This document shows positions 1-14,564 of a DNA stretch of 64,000 bases, one piece after another. Numbering within the stretch: position 1 is the first letter of the stretch; each line of letters opens with the position of its first letter. The notes under the pieces were generated by a model, which searched no databases, was not told the DNA's origin, and saw only the letters and a program-made list of their open reading frames with translations. The stretch is from assembly GCA_023515725.1 (NCBI GenBank), contig JALDTO010000247.1, positions 62,001 to 126,000 of the forward strand. Reading direction: 5' to 3'. Source of the DNA: Amoeboaphelidium protococcarum X5. Its lineage: Eukaryota > Fungi > Aphelidiomycota. The position numbers and the translations under genes were made by a program.

Positions 1-751
1 GTTGGCTTGTACCTTGAACGTGGAAGAAGGTGATGCAAGTGCGATGGAGTCCTGGTTGAGGTTGAGAGAGGAGCTTGAAGTGTCCAAGCTGTCTCCTCAG
101 GCAGTTTTCATGAAGTAGGCGTGGTTGGCAAACTGGTCCTTGTTCGTGTTAAACTCTGGCAATGTATTTGATGATTTGCTGCAGTCTTATCTGGCATCTC
201 ATTATCAGATTATGATTTAGAATGAATGTCCGCATTTGATGCGATATGCTATTGTTTGCTATCTCCTGCAGTCGTCATCTCTAGGCAAAAAACTGGCTGA
301 ATGCGTTCAATTAGTTAAAGAAGATGCTCAGTCTACACTCGATCCTATAGTGAAGTGGTTCACATCTCTGCATGTGGATTTCGACTTTGATTAATGCAGT
401 TCTTTGTGGCCTTAAATTACAGACTTATTGGACAAGGATGTATTTTTGCACCCTCTGAAAGATAAAATAATGAATGGCATTCGCCATGAGTTAATTAGAG
501 TATGTGGGCGCACTCTGGATAATGTTCCTTCAGAGCTGTTGTCGAAGTATCTAAATTTGAATGGAACTGAATAATTATCCGCATTTATTGCACAATGTGG
601 CGATAAATTCAAGTTACAAGATGGTCTTTTGCGTGTGTAAACTAGTCAAGTCCCACGTTAGTTGACTCTACTCTCTCGTCTATAAGAATATGCGCGAAAG
701 TCAGAGAGGATCATTGCTGGCTTGGAGACTGTTCAAAGTTCATCTGAATGA
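1..751 (+). CDS. EIF3E: eIF3 subunit E (Int6), 5'-truncated by window edge
   Basis: Frame 2 is open to TGA 749-751 with TAR=Gln. Motifs WLANWSLFV, IQNECPHLMRY and DPIVKWFTSLHVDFDFD match eIF3e and its PCI region. Confidence 0.85.
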
Positions 752-1141
752 TTATAATCCGACTTTTGGTGACTTGAACTGAATAAAAGTTTAAATTTAT
801 TTTTATAGTCTCAACTTGATTTTTGAGTAGTTTTGAAATGTTTTGACTACCCGAACTTGAGTTCTCCTATAGTGAGCGGATCAACTAGAGCAACTCTCGG
901 TAACTTTCTCTATCTCTCTTGAAGATTTACAGCATATGAAATGCAGAGAAGCGGAAGAGGTTGAGACGCCTAAAGTCTTGGCCAATGATGTAGCGCGTTG
1001 AATTGGTCTCTGAAACGGCAGTACAGTGTTCCGCAGGTGGAGATTCGACGCGTCGCGTGATCAAAACAATAACAATGCCATTGATAATATCTTATGGCAT
1101 CCTTGTGTCAACTTTAACAATTGTCTCCGCACTTTAAACAA

Positions 1142-3029
1142 ATGTCATCTTAAGGCTCTATATAATTAAGGATGAACTTACGAGACAAATTTGCAAACGA
1201 TAAAGTTGGTTCTACTTAGATGGACAACTCTCAGACACCCTGCTTAGTCCCTCACATTGGTGCTCGCGGAAGTTCCTAAGACTCTATGTCCACTGGCAAT
1301 ATATCTCCACCTGCATCCATCTCTACTGGCTCAGATCAAAGTTCCAACTATAGCAAAAAGTCTTATGATATTGTGTCCTGTGGTACATCATCCAAACTGA
1401 AAATGCTGCCAATTGCAAAGCCAATGCTATTCAATATCGAGAATGGGAAGCATACGATGCTCACCCAGGCTGAATTCCATTCTATAGACAGAGAGAGACG
1501 CGTTCTGCAGTCCAAGATGTCGGAACTGCAAGTCAGCCTCAAGATTGAGAAGAGAGTCAAAGATGCCGCGCACTCCATGCTGCAGTTGTATTCCGAGAAG
1601 GATCTGAAACAGTTGAAGCGTCTGTTTCAGGAGATTCTGCAATTGTTCAAGCGCGAGATTGAATTGTTGCGTCTGTTGTGTGCATACTCTTTACGGTCCA
1701 CGGAGCTAGCTGACATTTAGTTGGGGCATAATAATGCGGCATGGTAGGTGTATGCTTCATCAAGAGATCATGGTTAAGCTACTTTTGGTAGTAAGTCTAG
1801 TGAACAAGTGAGAAAAGATTTTGACTCGTAAACTCTGAAAACGTAATTGAAGAATTATAAATCTGAGCTCAAGACTGTAAAGTCTGAGTTATCCCATCTG
1901 AAGTGTAAGAATGAAGTTCTAACTGGAGAATAGAATGCCTTGCTAAAATTGAATCAAGATCAAGAATCTCTAATTACTCAGCTGTAGAGCAGTTTGAACC
2001 TGTTAACATTATAGTTGCACACGTTACAATCATACTCTGTTGATGACACGTCTTAGCCTGATCCTCCTCCGCGTAGTTTGCTTCCATCAGATTATGCTAG
2101 TGACGATTTCGACTCTATGTTGTAAAAGTATGATGAATCCACTGTTATTATTGCCAAAGATCCTGTCTTTACGTTAGAGCAGCTAAATCGATTACTTGGT
2201 ATTGACTGCGAGAATATAGATCAATTTGTGCTGTCTGTCAACGAACTAAAGGATATTAGTGAAGACAATTTCAAAAAGGTGAGTGAGCTTGGCGTTGTTG
2301 TCTAATCTCTGCAATAAAAAGTCTCAAGTAAATCCAAAGAGTGTGAACTAGTAGCTAATGAGCGAGATGAAGCTGCAATGGAGTTGGAGATGCTGAAACA
2401 ACGCCATTAGGCCCAGATTGAAGATATTCAGCAACGGTAGTCTGAGAAGGTAGAAGAATACGAGTCAGTTTAGGCTAAGCAAGAAGAGCTCATCTCACAG
2501 TAATAGTCATATATGGATAAATTGCAGTTGTAGAACAAATAGCTGATGGCAGAGATATAATCACTGAAAAGCCAGCAGCCGGATAACCAAGAACTTAAAA
2601 GTTAGCACTCTCAGTTGCAAGACAAGTACGAGTCTCTGAGAGCTCAGAGTAATCAGCTGGTCTAGCTGCTGGATGATGAAAAGGATGCGCGGCAAGTGGA
2701 AGTTGAATATCTTACCAAGCAACTCAACGAGGCTAAAAGTTGCGATCACCACCAAGTCATGGAAGAGAAGGACAAAGTCATCGCGGCATTAGAAAATGAT
2801 TGTCAGATGCTGATACAAGAAGTCGGTGAGATTTGAGCTACATGTGTTTTGATTATTAATGATAAAAATTCAAGAGTACTGTGTAGAGAGAACTACTAGT
2901 GAATGGGCAGATTTCAAAGAGAAGAAGATTGAGTTCGCAGAGACTATTGAAAAATACGAGCGTCAAATACATGAGCTGCAGTCCACAATAATCGACAAGT
3001 AGAAAACTATTGAGAAATTACAAGGCTGA
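1142..3029 (+). CDS. Coiled-coil protein with Uds1 (up-regulated during septation)-like domain; one intron 2826-2886
   Basis: ATG 1142, open with TAR=Gln. LQVSLKIEKRVKDAAHSMLQLY...LGHNNA resembles the Uds1 domain. A 61-nt GTGAG...TGTAG intron restores the frame to TGA 3027-3029. Confidence 0.65.
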
Positions 3030-3123
3030 GATCCTACAGCAGTCAACTATTATAATACTATTTTAGCAATGTGAAGCAATGTGCAATATCAATCATCTAT
3101 TATACCACTTGACTTCAATTCTA

Positions 3124-3864
3124 TCAATCCTAGTGAGGACGCACTTCTACTCCTTGTTATTGTGGAATCTACTCATGGAATACAGCCTTTAAAATATCAG
3201 GTGCCCTAAGATAATGAACACCATTAGATTGAGGTAGACGCGGATAGACATCCTCAAAAAAGTAATAAAAGTGACCAATACAGATCCCAAGCAGATCGCC
3301 AAGCGGTAGTTTACCACCCAGCACGAAACTAAATGTCAACATAACAAAAGGCATATACGGCGCCTTGAAATCTAATAAGCCAAGAAAGCTCACCACAATA
3401 TCAGGATTCCGTCTTGACCATAGGTATGTGAGCGTGAAAGTGAGCGGCGACCCCAGAAACATGAGATGAGTCCACGGCGCAATGCACAATAGAATGGCAG
3501 CAGTTAGCATAATAAACCACAGAAAATCAGCAGATCTCCCCCTAAATGAGCTCTCTTCCAACATGCGGCAATAACGAACCAGAAAGAACAAGTAGAATAC
3601 AAAGTCTATCCCGAAAGATCCAAAGTATAAAAAGTTTGTAATCAATCGCCAGTACTCACTTGACTTTATGATGGCATCCATATTGAAGTAGAGTTAAAAC
3701 GGATTAATTACGTCAATTTACTACACAGTAATGCAGCAATTATATATTCATCAACATACATCGAGGTATTATAATCTTACACATAGGAATGTTGTCGCAA
3801 CCACGGCAGTTGAATACCATCGAGTAATGGGAGGAATTTCGAAATACCACTGCTCTATAGGCAT
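3124..3864 (-). CDS. DER1: Derlin (Der1-like ERAD membrane protein); intron 3721-3780
   Basis: MPIEQWYFEIPPITRWY, YWRLITNFLYFG, YLWSRRNP and GHFYYFFEDVYP motifs. 60-nt GTAAG...TAG intron; ends at TGA 3124-3126. Confidence 0.92.
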
Positions 3865-4159
3865 TTGATCATTTTATTGCTACTGCTATTACCTAAGTCG
3901 CTACTATATTTCATCTGCATTTGCATCCATCTTTCCTCTTTTATAACTAGGCTTAATTGATGTAAGAAGACAATGAAGACTGGATAAATACAACAAACGT
4001 GAACAGCAAAGATTCTAAAAGGAACAATTGGCAGAAAATTCTAGTAACTACTTGTCACTAATGACAAAAATAAAAGATTTACATATTGAATTAGGCAAGA
4101 ATTAGAAGTGAGTTTAATGGCATACAATAGTGTTTCATCATACGAAGATCACCTTGACC

Positions 4160-4693
4160 TCACGATGATTAACGAGACTATTACTATACAGTGGCATCTG
4201 AATGTACCGCAGAGTATGCTGGAGGCGGAGACTGTGCTCTATTCTGACTATCATTATTATGAGATTATCCAGAGTATGATCTTTAATTCTACTAAGGTAT
4301 TGACTAATCCTACTATGTAAAGTGCCTCCGCGTAAAGGAAAAGGGATCATCTGAATCGTCATTAGTTGTCGATGTCCAAGTATCTAATTCATGAACCAGG
4401 CGCGATGATACTCTTTCAGCATCGCGCGTAGAATATTACTGCGCATGGAATTGTTATTATTATTACTGTTACTATTACTATGATTAATGCTGTCCAGTAT
4501 ACAGTGAATCACGCTAGAAGAATTGTTATGTAAATCCATCTGCTGCAAGACTACTGCCAAAATCTGCAAACATATCTTAATTGCCACTGCCACCTTGATG
4601 CTGCCACGACGGAGCCTTACTATCGCGATATTGATTTTAGTGAGGCGCAGGAGACTGCTATTACTTTTATTATTAAGCAGATGGTTTGGACAT
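4160..4693 (-). CDS. Gln-rich low-complexity hypothetical protein (177 aa)
   Basis: ATG 4693 to TGA 4160-4162. Poly-Q tracts are built from mixed TAA/TAG/CAA/CAG codons. Confidence 0.6.
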
Positions 4694-4992
4694 TTCTTTG
4701 ACAGGAGTAAATTATTGTTTCAGCGGCTATAATTATCGCAGTGTTTGTTTTAGCGCGTTGATCCGAATGGAAAAAAAATGGGGATGTGCCGCTTTTAGGA
4801 ATTTTATTTCTCATGTGATTTTGATGCGAAAATACAACAGCAGTTACCTTTGTTGGGATCATCACTGATTGGACCCGGAGAGAGATTGTACCGTAGATTA
4901 GATTAGATCGCTATTATTATTGCTATTCTATTAGTGTTGTTCTTATTAATCTATCAAGTTGTATTTAATTGGTCGCTGTATAAAGCAGTATT

Positions 4993-5138
4993 ATGATGAG
5001 CGATAATAAAAAGAATCTAAAATTGTCCAAGTTGGAAATTAGAAATCGTACCGTGTAAGCTGACCTCTTTAGTAGCAGTGGTAGCGATACTGTGCTTTCA
5101 GTCGAGGGTAATATTGGCGACATGTGTCAAGAGGGTAT

Positions 5139-5171
<33 letters not shown>

Positions 5172-6723
5172 AGTTTCATGGACCGCTAGTCTGTTTAATC
5201 TGACAAATACTTGCATAGGAGCGGGTACTTTAGCTTTACCGTATGTATTACATTAGTGTGGTCTCGTGCTGGGAGTAGCGCTGATATCATTGATTGGATG
5301 CCTCAGCTGGTTTGGCTTGTACTTTCTCACTGTAAGTAAAATACTCACCAAAAAGAGGACTTTTATAGAGATTGCCGAGGCTGCGGATGGTGATCGCGGT
5401 AAACGTATAGCCTCTATGGCCTTGTTCTTGATGCTACTCGGTCCTCTTTCTGCGTACTTTTCCATTATAGGCTCGTATCTGCGTACCACTGCTGAAGATG
5501 TATTTGGAGAGGAGTAGTTATAGCAGTGGTATTTGAGTAAAACTTTTATCATGGCGTTCATTGGAATTGTCGTCATGTTTCCACTCTCTTTCAAGTCTCT
5601 GAAATTCATATCCTATCTCGCCATTCTGGCTCTGGTGTCTATGCTATACGCCATTAGTCTCATCCCCATCACGTATTTCATTGACCTCTCTAATCCACAA
5701 TGGATCGCTCCTTCAGTTATATTGTGGGTTAATACCGAGGCGCCGTGGTCAATATTGGCTGCATTCAGTACTATCGGTATGGCTTTTATTAATCACTCCA
5801 TTGTGGTTGAGGCGACCAGTGATTTGGAGAATCCAACACATTATCGTCAACATACATTGACATATTTCTCGTCTATCCTCACCACTCTTCTATATGTTAT
5901 TACTAGCGTAACTGGTTATCTTCATTTTGGATTCGCGGTGAAGGGCAATATATTGGAAAGTTATTCTCAGGTGGATGGCTAGAGTGGCGTGGAGATTATA
6001 TTTGCCAGAGTCCTTGTCGCCGTCTGTATAGCTCTCACTTATCCTGCATTTATATATCCGGCGAGATCCTGTCTGTCTGGTATTATGGCGCAGTCTTAGA
6101 AGAAGTTGAGGCCCAGTGTGTCTAGTGGAGGGGAACTGCACTTTGATGATGCTCGAATGGAAGATCAAGTAGCACTACTTGGTGTTGCGTCCTAGCCATC
6201 AGTCTTTGATACGAATATCCGTAAATGGTATTAAAAGTCTAGTGCTATACGAGTATTCTAGACAGTATTCATATTTGGATTATCTTTTGGAATAGCTGTT
6301 TCCATACCAGATTTGGACAAGATTTTTGCCTTCTTTGGATCTCTTACTGGTAGTCTAGTGGTTTACATCTTGCCTGTGTACTTTTTTGTTCGAATAGCTT
6401 AACCTTATAGCCTTGTGGTCGTGGAGTACTTACAAGTGCGCATACCATGTTCATCTAAAGTATTATTCTCTATTCCGAGGATATTTGTTCTAAGTCAGCT
6501 GCATTATGATCACGGGTCTCCTATCGCTGTAACACCCACGGCGGAGTTGGATGGGTATCATGATTTGTCTGCCATAAGGCGAGTTTCGATACCGATCCCT
6601 AACAGGGAACGATGGACAGTGCATCAGCGCTTTGTCGAGATGGCCATTTACGCCAATTTTACAGTTGGTGTCTTGTTATTGATTTTTGGTACTGGCTTTA
6701 GCATTTACGATCTATTTGTATGA
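4993..6723 (+). CDS. Amino acid transporter, SLC38/AVT (Aa_trans) family
   Basis: LFNLTNTCIGAGTLALPY and GYLHFGFAVKGNIL motifs, multiple TM segments. A single frame joins the ORF-track fragments. Confidence 0.9.
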
Positions 6724-6844
6724 AGTGCATTATGTGGACTTCAACATTAGATCTAACATGAATATTATAGAGAATAAACTTTATTTGTTACTACTGATTT
6801 TATTAGTGCATATTCATTTCAAAATATTGGAATCATTGATGATT

Positions 6845-8110
6845 TCAGGATAATTACAGTTGAGACAGTTCAATATGCGACTATAAGCGGCGTGTAGATA
6901 GCTCAACGCAGAGACGACACTCGTTCGATTAAGCGGAGAGATTAACCAGTCTCTGGTACCCAAGACTTCTCTCTTCCAGCGGTAGAGATCTCCAACTTTG
7001 ACGCCTCTCGTACTCAGTTTCGTTGCTCAAAACAAGCTGTATTTCCTTGACGAAATCTTCAAACGACTTCTGGAACGGAGCTTCATACGTGATATTTTCG
7101 TATGGATCTCTTATAAAAGCATCGAAAGCATTCATATGAGGTGCAGCTATTATGGCGTCAGGGTGTGGTAGGAAATCCTTGATTACATTAGGGGCTCCCA
7201 AGTATATGGGGATACACCCTGCTGCCAAGGCATCCCACAGCTTTTCAGTAACATAATCGCGATTCAGCGAGTTCTCCATGGCTATGCACACTTTGTAATT
7301 GGAGAATATCTCAATTTTAGACTCACCGCTTTACCCGAGCAAGTCATTAAACTCATCTGTATTGTGGAGACACGAACCTATAGCATCAATCTTAACGCCA
7401 GAGCTGATGAGTTGTTCCACAATATCAATTCTTGGATGCGAGCCACAATTTCTATTCATAAATGCCACAGCATCCACCTTCTTCTAAGCGAATGATTTCA
7501 ATGGTGCTCTGTAGAATCTCGAATCATTCCAAAAGTAGTGAGCAGGGACTTCTGATGTGAGACGATAAGTCATTCGAGTGTCAAATTTGTTCATCAAATC
7601 CTGATTGTAAGTGTCCTCGATATTAGTGGCTGATTCCATATTAAACCCGACGGACCATTTGTTTTTAATCTTGGTATTTGGATAGTAATCAACATCAACA
7701 TCGCCAATACCAGCGACATAGTATACCTTGCCTATGACGCGTTCTTTCCACTCCGGATCTGATTTCAGGCTCTAACTCAGATACTCACAATGTAATGGCT
7801 TACCATCAATATGACAATTTTGAAACACCTGAGCATACCCCTCACCCATAGATGTAAATGTCATCAATTGTACATATACAGGATCTGTGAGCGAGACATT
7901 CTTTTTCATTTGACCATTACCACGGCTGATGGTATTCAAACTCGGACTAAATTTTAGATTAAACCACGGAGCAGAGGGTGATTACGTACCGAAATATAAC
8001 TAATTTGCCATAAGCATCATCATAAACAGTAGACTTCCAATACATAGCAATATAAGAGGCTTATAATAGCCTGATGAAACCACCGCATTAGGAGTGTTAT
8101 CCGCCGTCAT
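6845..8110 (-). CDS. Alpha-1,3-fucosyltransferase (GT10), type II membrane protein
   Basis: YKVCIAMENSLNRDYVTEKLWDALAAGCIPIYLGAP signature; N-terminal TM helix; 422 codons to TGA. Confidence 0.92.
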
Positions 8111-9229
8111 TTTGCGTCTTGATCAGTACCGCTTAAACTAATTCTAATAGAAAAATCAAGAGAGAATACAAGATGTTTGTCACGGCGCGTCAGCAAAACA
8201 CGCGCTTGATCGATAGCAGTAAGTTCAGTAGAAAGCCCAAGAGACAAACAAGTGTACTGTGCTTATAAACATACTTTCACAACTTTCATCGTACTTTATT
8301 TTTTCAGTCAGCTAGAGATTCTTATCAATAATATGGCTGCTGAATAGCAGGGATAAATTCCATCTTGCAAAAAATAAACTGGCAGATCTTAACGCATCAG
8401 AACGGTAAACTTCAATGCAAACTGAGTGGCATCTTTGCTTCTCTCGACACACGTCTCAATGACCTTACGGATACACTCGTGGAAAAGAGTGGATGTCATG
8501 ACGTCCACCATAAGCGCGCCACGCTCATATAGTCACTTCCTAGCAATTGCGCAAATTTAACGCGTATTGGCCATTAACACTGAGTTGACCAGATACGAAA
8601 CAACCATACTATATTAAGTAACCTTCACATCTGCTTTAGTTTAATACGCCCGGCCATTTTTAAATTTTCTTCGCCATCTTCACGGTTGGCGGCACCAAAT
8701 TTTACATTCTTTTTAATGTTCTTCTTATACTGTTTAACTTACAGAACGAGACAAATGATTTTCCAGTGCCAGGTAATCCTAAGACAACTTTGGTCTTAGC
8801 GTTAGAACATATCCATCGTGTTACAACAAAGCGTCCTGCAAGTAGAAATACCTGTCCATCCTCAGCTTCAAGCGAGTAGGATTTCCATAGTATACCTTAC
8901 TTACATAAATTTGGTTGAAATATATCTTCACCTTCATTCTCGGCTATGCAAGATCGACAATAAGGATGTACTTTGCAAACTGACCCGCCTGCTTAGAGTA
9001 CTATTGATCTTCTTGACACAACTGCTATCCGCCAACCAGCTGCAGATAATAAGACAAGCTCATCACAAAGCGGTAGCACTTCTTAACGGAATCTTACTGA
9101 AGTCGAGATTCTAGTATTCTTCTGTTAAGAATAATATAAGAGAGTGAAGTGAATATGAGATATTACAAGTATATTTACAGTTGTTTCAACTCTTATGTGA
9201 AAAAGAGAGGAGTGAGTGACTGAAACGCG

Positions 9230-9694
9230 TCAGCATGGTTTCAGCTCAACATCTTCAACCGGACTGCAGACTGCAACATAGTTGCGGATACCACCATCCA
9301 CAGTGATCTCCTTCTTTCCATGAAATTCCACTATAGAACCAGGGATCTTATATACTATGCTTACACAGGAACTCTTACGCTGCATTAATTGAAAGCCCTC
9401 AAGGTCCAGCTATTCAAGATCCAAATCATTCACCTCAGCCAGAGCTTCAACTTGCTTGATAGCTTTTAACTCGCGATTATGGCCTAGGACCACCAACACC
9501 TCCTCACCATCGTTATCTTTATATAAATCAAAGATGTAATTGAGGACTGCCAAATCTGCCTAAACGCCATCCTCTTATACTTACTGATGATCATCACCAG
9601 CGGCCGGAGTCGGGACAGCATCAATGTTCCTCAATAGTGCGAGCTTAAGAATCATCATTGCATTTGTATATAAACTGAACATGATAACCAACAT
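9230..9694 (-). CDS. Small, possibly secreted hypothetical protein (154 aa)
   Basis: Open ATG-to-TGA frame; hydrophobic N-terminus followed by A-VPTP; no recognised domain. Confidence 0.5.
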
Positions 9695-11123
9695 TGTGAA
9701 TGCCAAACTATTCCGCTTTACTATATGAAGGAACTTTTTTAAAAATATTTGCAAAAGATTTATTATGCATCATAGATTAGCGCAGGCCTAGCTCAGTAAT
9801 ACTGATGAACGACAATTAGCTAGACGCAACAGGCATCAAAACGAATGATTTGCATCCAAACTTATTGAGGTACTCGCAGCATTTATATAACAGAGGTAGA
9901 TATGCAAACCAGAAAGACTTGCGTCATTTAACATTACTCAGTGCATTATCGAACTCAGATTTAATCCCACACTGGATGACTAAATATTTCTTGATCTCTT
10001 TAAGGATAAACTATACCACTTTCAGGTCAAAGTATAGATCGTCTACTTGCAATGGCACTAATGGCTAACACTTTCACTTTTAGAAGCTTACTCATCCTCG
10101 GCTCAAAGATCAATGTGTTCTCCATTATACGCGGACATTCGCACAAGTTCAGACTCAAAGCCGGATACACCTCCTGATAAAGTAGAGTCCATCATCCGCA
10201 TCAAACTCTGTATCTTATCACTAGACTAGCGCAATAACTTAAGTAGAGCATCAGGAGGAGGAGAAGGCCAATTCCTAAAACCAAGAAGAAGAGGAATTCA
10301 TTTTATTGGCGATATGGTGACGCCGTCATTTTATCCATGTCAGTGTAATTAGCCGCTTTCCTTCACGAATCGGCGTAAGATTCTCACTTGACCTTCATTT
10401 ACCAAAGATTGCTTCAGATCCTTTATCTCGCCTTATTCTAGATTTAATCTTAAGCCGCCATACACAGCACATTCCTTGATGAAGCACACTTGTCCGGATT
10501 AACAGACCCCATCATATTGATCAGCTACCAACTCATTGTTCAGGCCGCTACTCATTCATACCACAAAGTTTACTTTTTAATTAATACGACATAATTCATT
10601 CACCAAACATTTAAAATATAAGAGCAAGTCCCCATCATAATAGGCAGTCAATATCACATTCTCGTTTTAAGAGCCGATATGTCAATTTATGACACTTAAG
10701 AAGGTAGACACCGGCGGATATGAACTCTGTTAGATGTATTGACGGTTTCTCAGGTTATGAAGATTGAGTCGTTCGCCTGTGGCTGATCAAAGGGTCCGCC
10801 TCTGTTGACACGATTCTTCTGAGAAGAGTTTTGGGGCGATTTTTGAAGAGTGAATTTGAGTGATTGAATATAATATTATCTGGAAATAGTGTTTTCCATG
10901 ACTGACAAATATGTCTATTGGAACGGTGGTTTCCGTGTCTCTGCCAGTACTAATTGTAAAACCAGCCCACGTAACAAACTCGTTCGTTTCGAAAAAAGTC
11001 GCGATGCGAGCTTGGCCGCAGAAACCGTTGAACAACAATTATGGCGATCAAAAATATCAATATATCAAGCAAGATCTGTGAAAATTCAATATAATAAATT
11101 CACCTTATTAAGAATCATCATTC

Positions 11124-11696
11124 TCATAGCATCCAGATGAAACCAGCACCAACCAGAGACAGGACAGCGGAAGCTCCGTAAGCAGAGGCGCTATTTGCAT
11201 CCTTGCGGCTCTTGTCATTCTTGTCGGAAGACGAGTTGCTCGATCCCTTCTTACCAAAAGCTTCTGGTGCGTCCTTAGTGCCACACTTGAAATCCTTGTT
11301 ACAGTCAGCAGAGCAGGAGGTAACGTTGAAAGAGGTGGTGTTGTCCGAAGCAGCCGACTAGAAATCCTTGTTACACTTGGTAAAGCATTCATTAAAGTCC
11401 TTGTTACAAGCCTAGAATGCAACGGGGAAGGAGCCATCAACCAAGGTCTGGGAAGAGTTAGATGGGCACTAGCAATCCCACTCCAAGCTCTTATCATCAC
11501 AGGTATTCACGGTTGGCTTGGTGGCATTGGCGCAAGAAAGATCACAATGATTCATGTTAGCCTTGCATAGGTCAGAGTTTGACTGACTAGACACGGTAGT
11601 GTTGAGAGCTCCACTGCTAGTAGTGGTATTCTCACCAGCGGCAGAGATGATGGAAGCATAGGCCAGAGCAGAGATTAAGTATACGATGTTCTTCAT
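11124..11696 (-). CDS. Secreted Cys-rich, probably GPI-anchored surface protein (190 aa)
   Basis: Signal peptide MKNIVYLISALAYASIISA; ten-Cys pattern including NTCDDKSLEWDCQC and repeated CNKDF; C-terminal NSASA plus hydrophobic tail. Confidence 0.8.
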
Positions 11697-12497
11697 TTTG
11701 ATTATCGACGCGTAATAGTTGTTATTCTTCAGTAGAAATGTCTTTTCAATTCAAGAGATAATTGCTAGCTGACAAAAGAAATGGGAAAGGTCAAGATCGA
11801 ATGTCAGTATTAGTTAATCTAAGTACGGGTATCTTATTGGCCATGAAACACCTACGTAGCACAAATCGATCTCGGCCAAGATTGTGTTTCAATCGGAGCC
11901 AATCAGAAGCGCGCGATCTTGGTTTCAAAGTCTGCTGCTAGGAACTCTATATTAGCTGTGGTCAAAGCCTTGTCGTCGTGTGTGGTCAGTATCTTGGTAT
12001 CAAAATTTTTAATGTCATGCGCGTAATTCAAATAAGTCGTGTGACTGCGAAATGGCCAGAAATATAATCATCAAAAGTTCAACTTGTTTAAAGAATAGAA
12101 CAACGTTCACTGTTTGAATAATACTAACTGATCACCTGCATTAGCCCATACCTGATCAATAGTGCAAATATATAGGAGCCAGATTTTAACGGTATCAACA
12201 CAAGATTAGTCCCAAGGGGATCTTGATTACGTCTCATCAAACTGGGCAATGCCGGCTTGGCATAATGTACGGGCTTAAATATTAGAGGATATCACCCACA
12301 CCATTTTACATCTACCTTTACGAATTGAATGAACGAATTCTGCCAATCAGAGATCAGATCAATTTATCGATCGGAACAATTGCAAAGCCAGTTCAATTTA
12401 TCATCATCATTCCCCTTTTGCACACATTGTTATCATCAACCTTGACTAAACTAAATTTTTACTGAGAAGCTGAGGCGTTATAGTCAAATTTACTGAA

Positions 12498-13577
12498 ATG
12501 CAGGGACTGAGTGGAAGCAGCAAATTCTCAGTATAATGGCTTCCTCCTATATTCTGTTATTGTTTGGCCTCGATATCCATGACTTTGACGAACAAGCTGG
12601 TCTTATCGTCTTTCTAGTTCAAGATGCCTTTTCTAATGCTCTCTGTGCAGTCTATTACCACTCTCTGTTTATTGGAGTTATCTGTGCTTATTTAGCTTGT
12701 AAAGTCTCACCGACCGCTAAACAATGTTGATGTCCGCAGGTGGTTTCCCATCTCGGTCCTTATGGGCGTCATGCTGTTCACTGGAAGTAAATCGCTTTAA
12801 TTTCTCAGCGTGCCAATATTTACAATCTTTAAAAATCTCTCTATTATACTCGTCGCCTTTGGTGAAGTTAAACTATTCGGAGGTAAAGTGAGTCCGCTGA
12901 TGCTCTGCTCTTTTCTGCTTATGGTGATTTCCTCTATTGTCGCAGCTCACTCTGACTTTAGCGCGTTTAATAGTAATAAAGATATGACAAGCGAAGATAG
13001 CAGGTAGTTGATAGCTGGCTATATGTGGATGCTGATCAATTGCTTCTCATCCGCGTCTTTTGTTCTATTCATGCGATATTCAATGAAGTATGGCTCGAAC
13101 TATTAAATGGAAGGCACTAAGCCAAACGCGCCTGGTAGTCCATTTAAAGATTTTGACACAGTGTTCTACAATAATATGCTTACAGCTCCTCTATTTCTGG
13201 TAATGTCTTTATTAGGAGCTGATGGAGATTTAGGCGCCTTCTTTGATTACTATTTCCCCCAGTCACAAACAGATTTCAACAATGATCGGGCGGTGGAGAG
13301 GTATCATTTACTGTATGCATTGGTATTTAGTGGATTTAGCGCGTATTGGATATCGTGGGCAAGCGCGTGGTGTATAAGGGCTACTAATTCGACCACTTAT
13401 TCTATGGTCGGTGCTCTTAACAAGCTCCCCATTGCTCTCTTTGGACTCCTCTTCTTCCCTGATGCGAATAAGAACGAATTTACGCGTGGCCTCTCCATCT
13501 TCCTTGGCTTTATGAGTGGAGTGCTCTACACCTACGCCAAAATTCAGTAGGATAAACAATCTAAAGAACATCAATGA
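12498..13577 (+). CDS. VRG4: Golgi GDP-mannose transporter
   Basis: [37 protein letters not shown] and [14 protein letters not shown] motifs. Confidence 0.93.
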
Positions 13578-14564
13578 ACTTCTTGTTGCATCAGTGATAA
13601 ATTTTATATCTTCGTTTTGGACTTGTTTGAATTTTATGGCTGTAGCAAATTTATCATTTTTACGCCTTTCACTTCAAAATTGATAAAAATTGCTCAAGAT
13701 CAAAGAGTGAACGCGGAATTTTAGGTATGCTCAAGCTTAGCCGTGTATCAAGATGCCGTAGATATTTCTCTGATATGCCAGATCTTAGTCATCCTAAATG
13801 GAGCAGGAGAGAGAAGCTGAGTGAAATGAATTTTGCTAATAAAGGCAAAGGTGGATTTCGCGTGATGAAGTCGTTATAAATGAACACGAAAGATGCTCCT
13901 CGTCCTCAATAACAAGAGAGGCTCCCCAGCAAGAAGACAAGGCTGAATTTCTCTGATGATAAACTTCCTTCGCAGTATTAGAGTCTTTATTAAAATATAT
14001 CTGCACATCAATCTTCGCTATAACTCACTCAGCAAAATATCAAAGATGGATCTGCGCGTATGGATGTTTCTTACATACAACAAGAGGAATAGAGCAGTGA
14101 TGCGTCGTTACTACGTACAGATTCTGATATTCTATTATTATCAGCTGATTTATATACATAGACCATGGCTGACAGTATGATCGCCACTCAAGTGAAGGAT
14201 ATATCGTCATAATCAGTATTGATTAATCTTAAGAATGCAGTTGAAAATGGGTAGAAAATCGACGTGTCGGATGTTAATCATCTTATGGATGTGTACGCTA
14301 ATGAAAATGATTTGTAAATGGTGACTAAACTATATGGTCAATTAATGACTGGGTAGGATATAAAGCTTTAGAATGGCATTTCCTTGGGTGTATTACAGGC
14401 TGATATCAAATCTTATGGAATCGTGATAAAATGTCTGGCTAACAATGGAATGGCACATGACGCGTTCAAGATTTATGATTTATTGAAGACTCGCATAAAG
14501 ACTGACCATTCATTGACTGGATATATACCACGGTAGATTTATTCATCCCTTATAAAAGCTTGTA

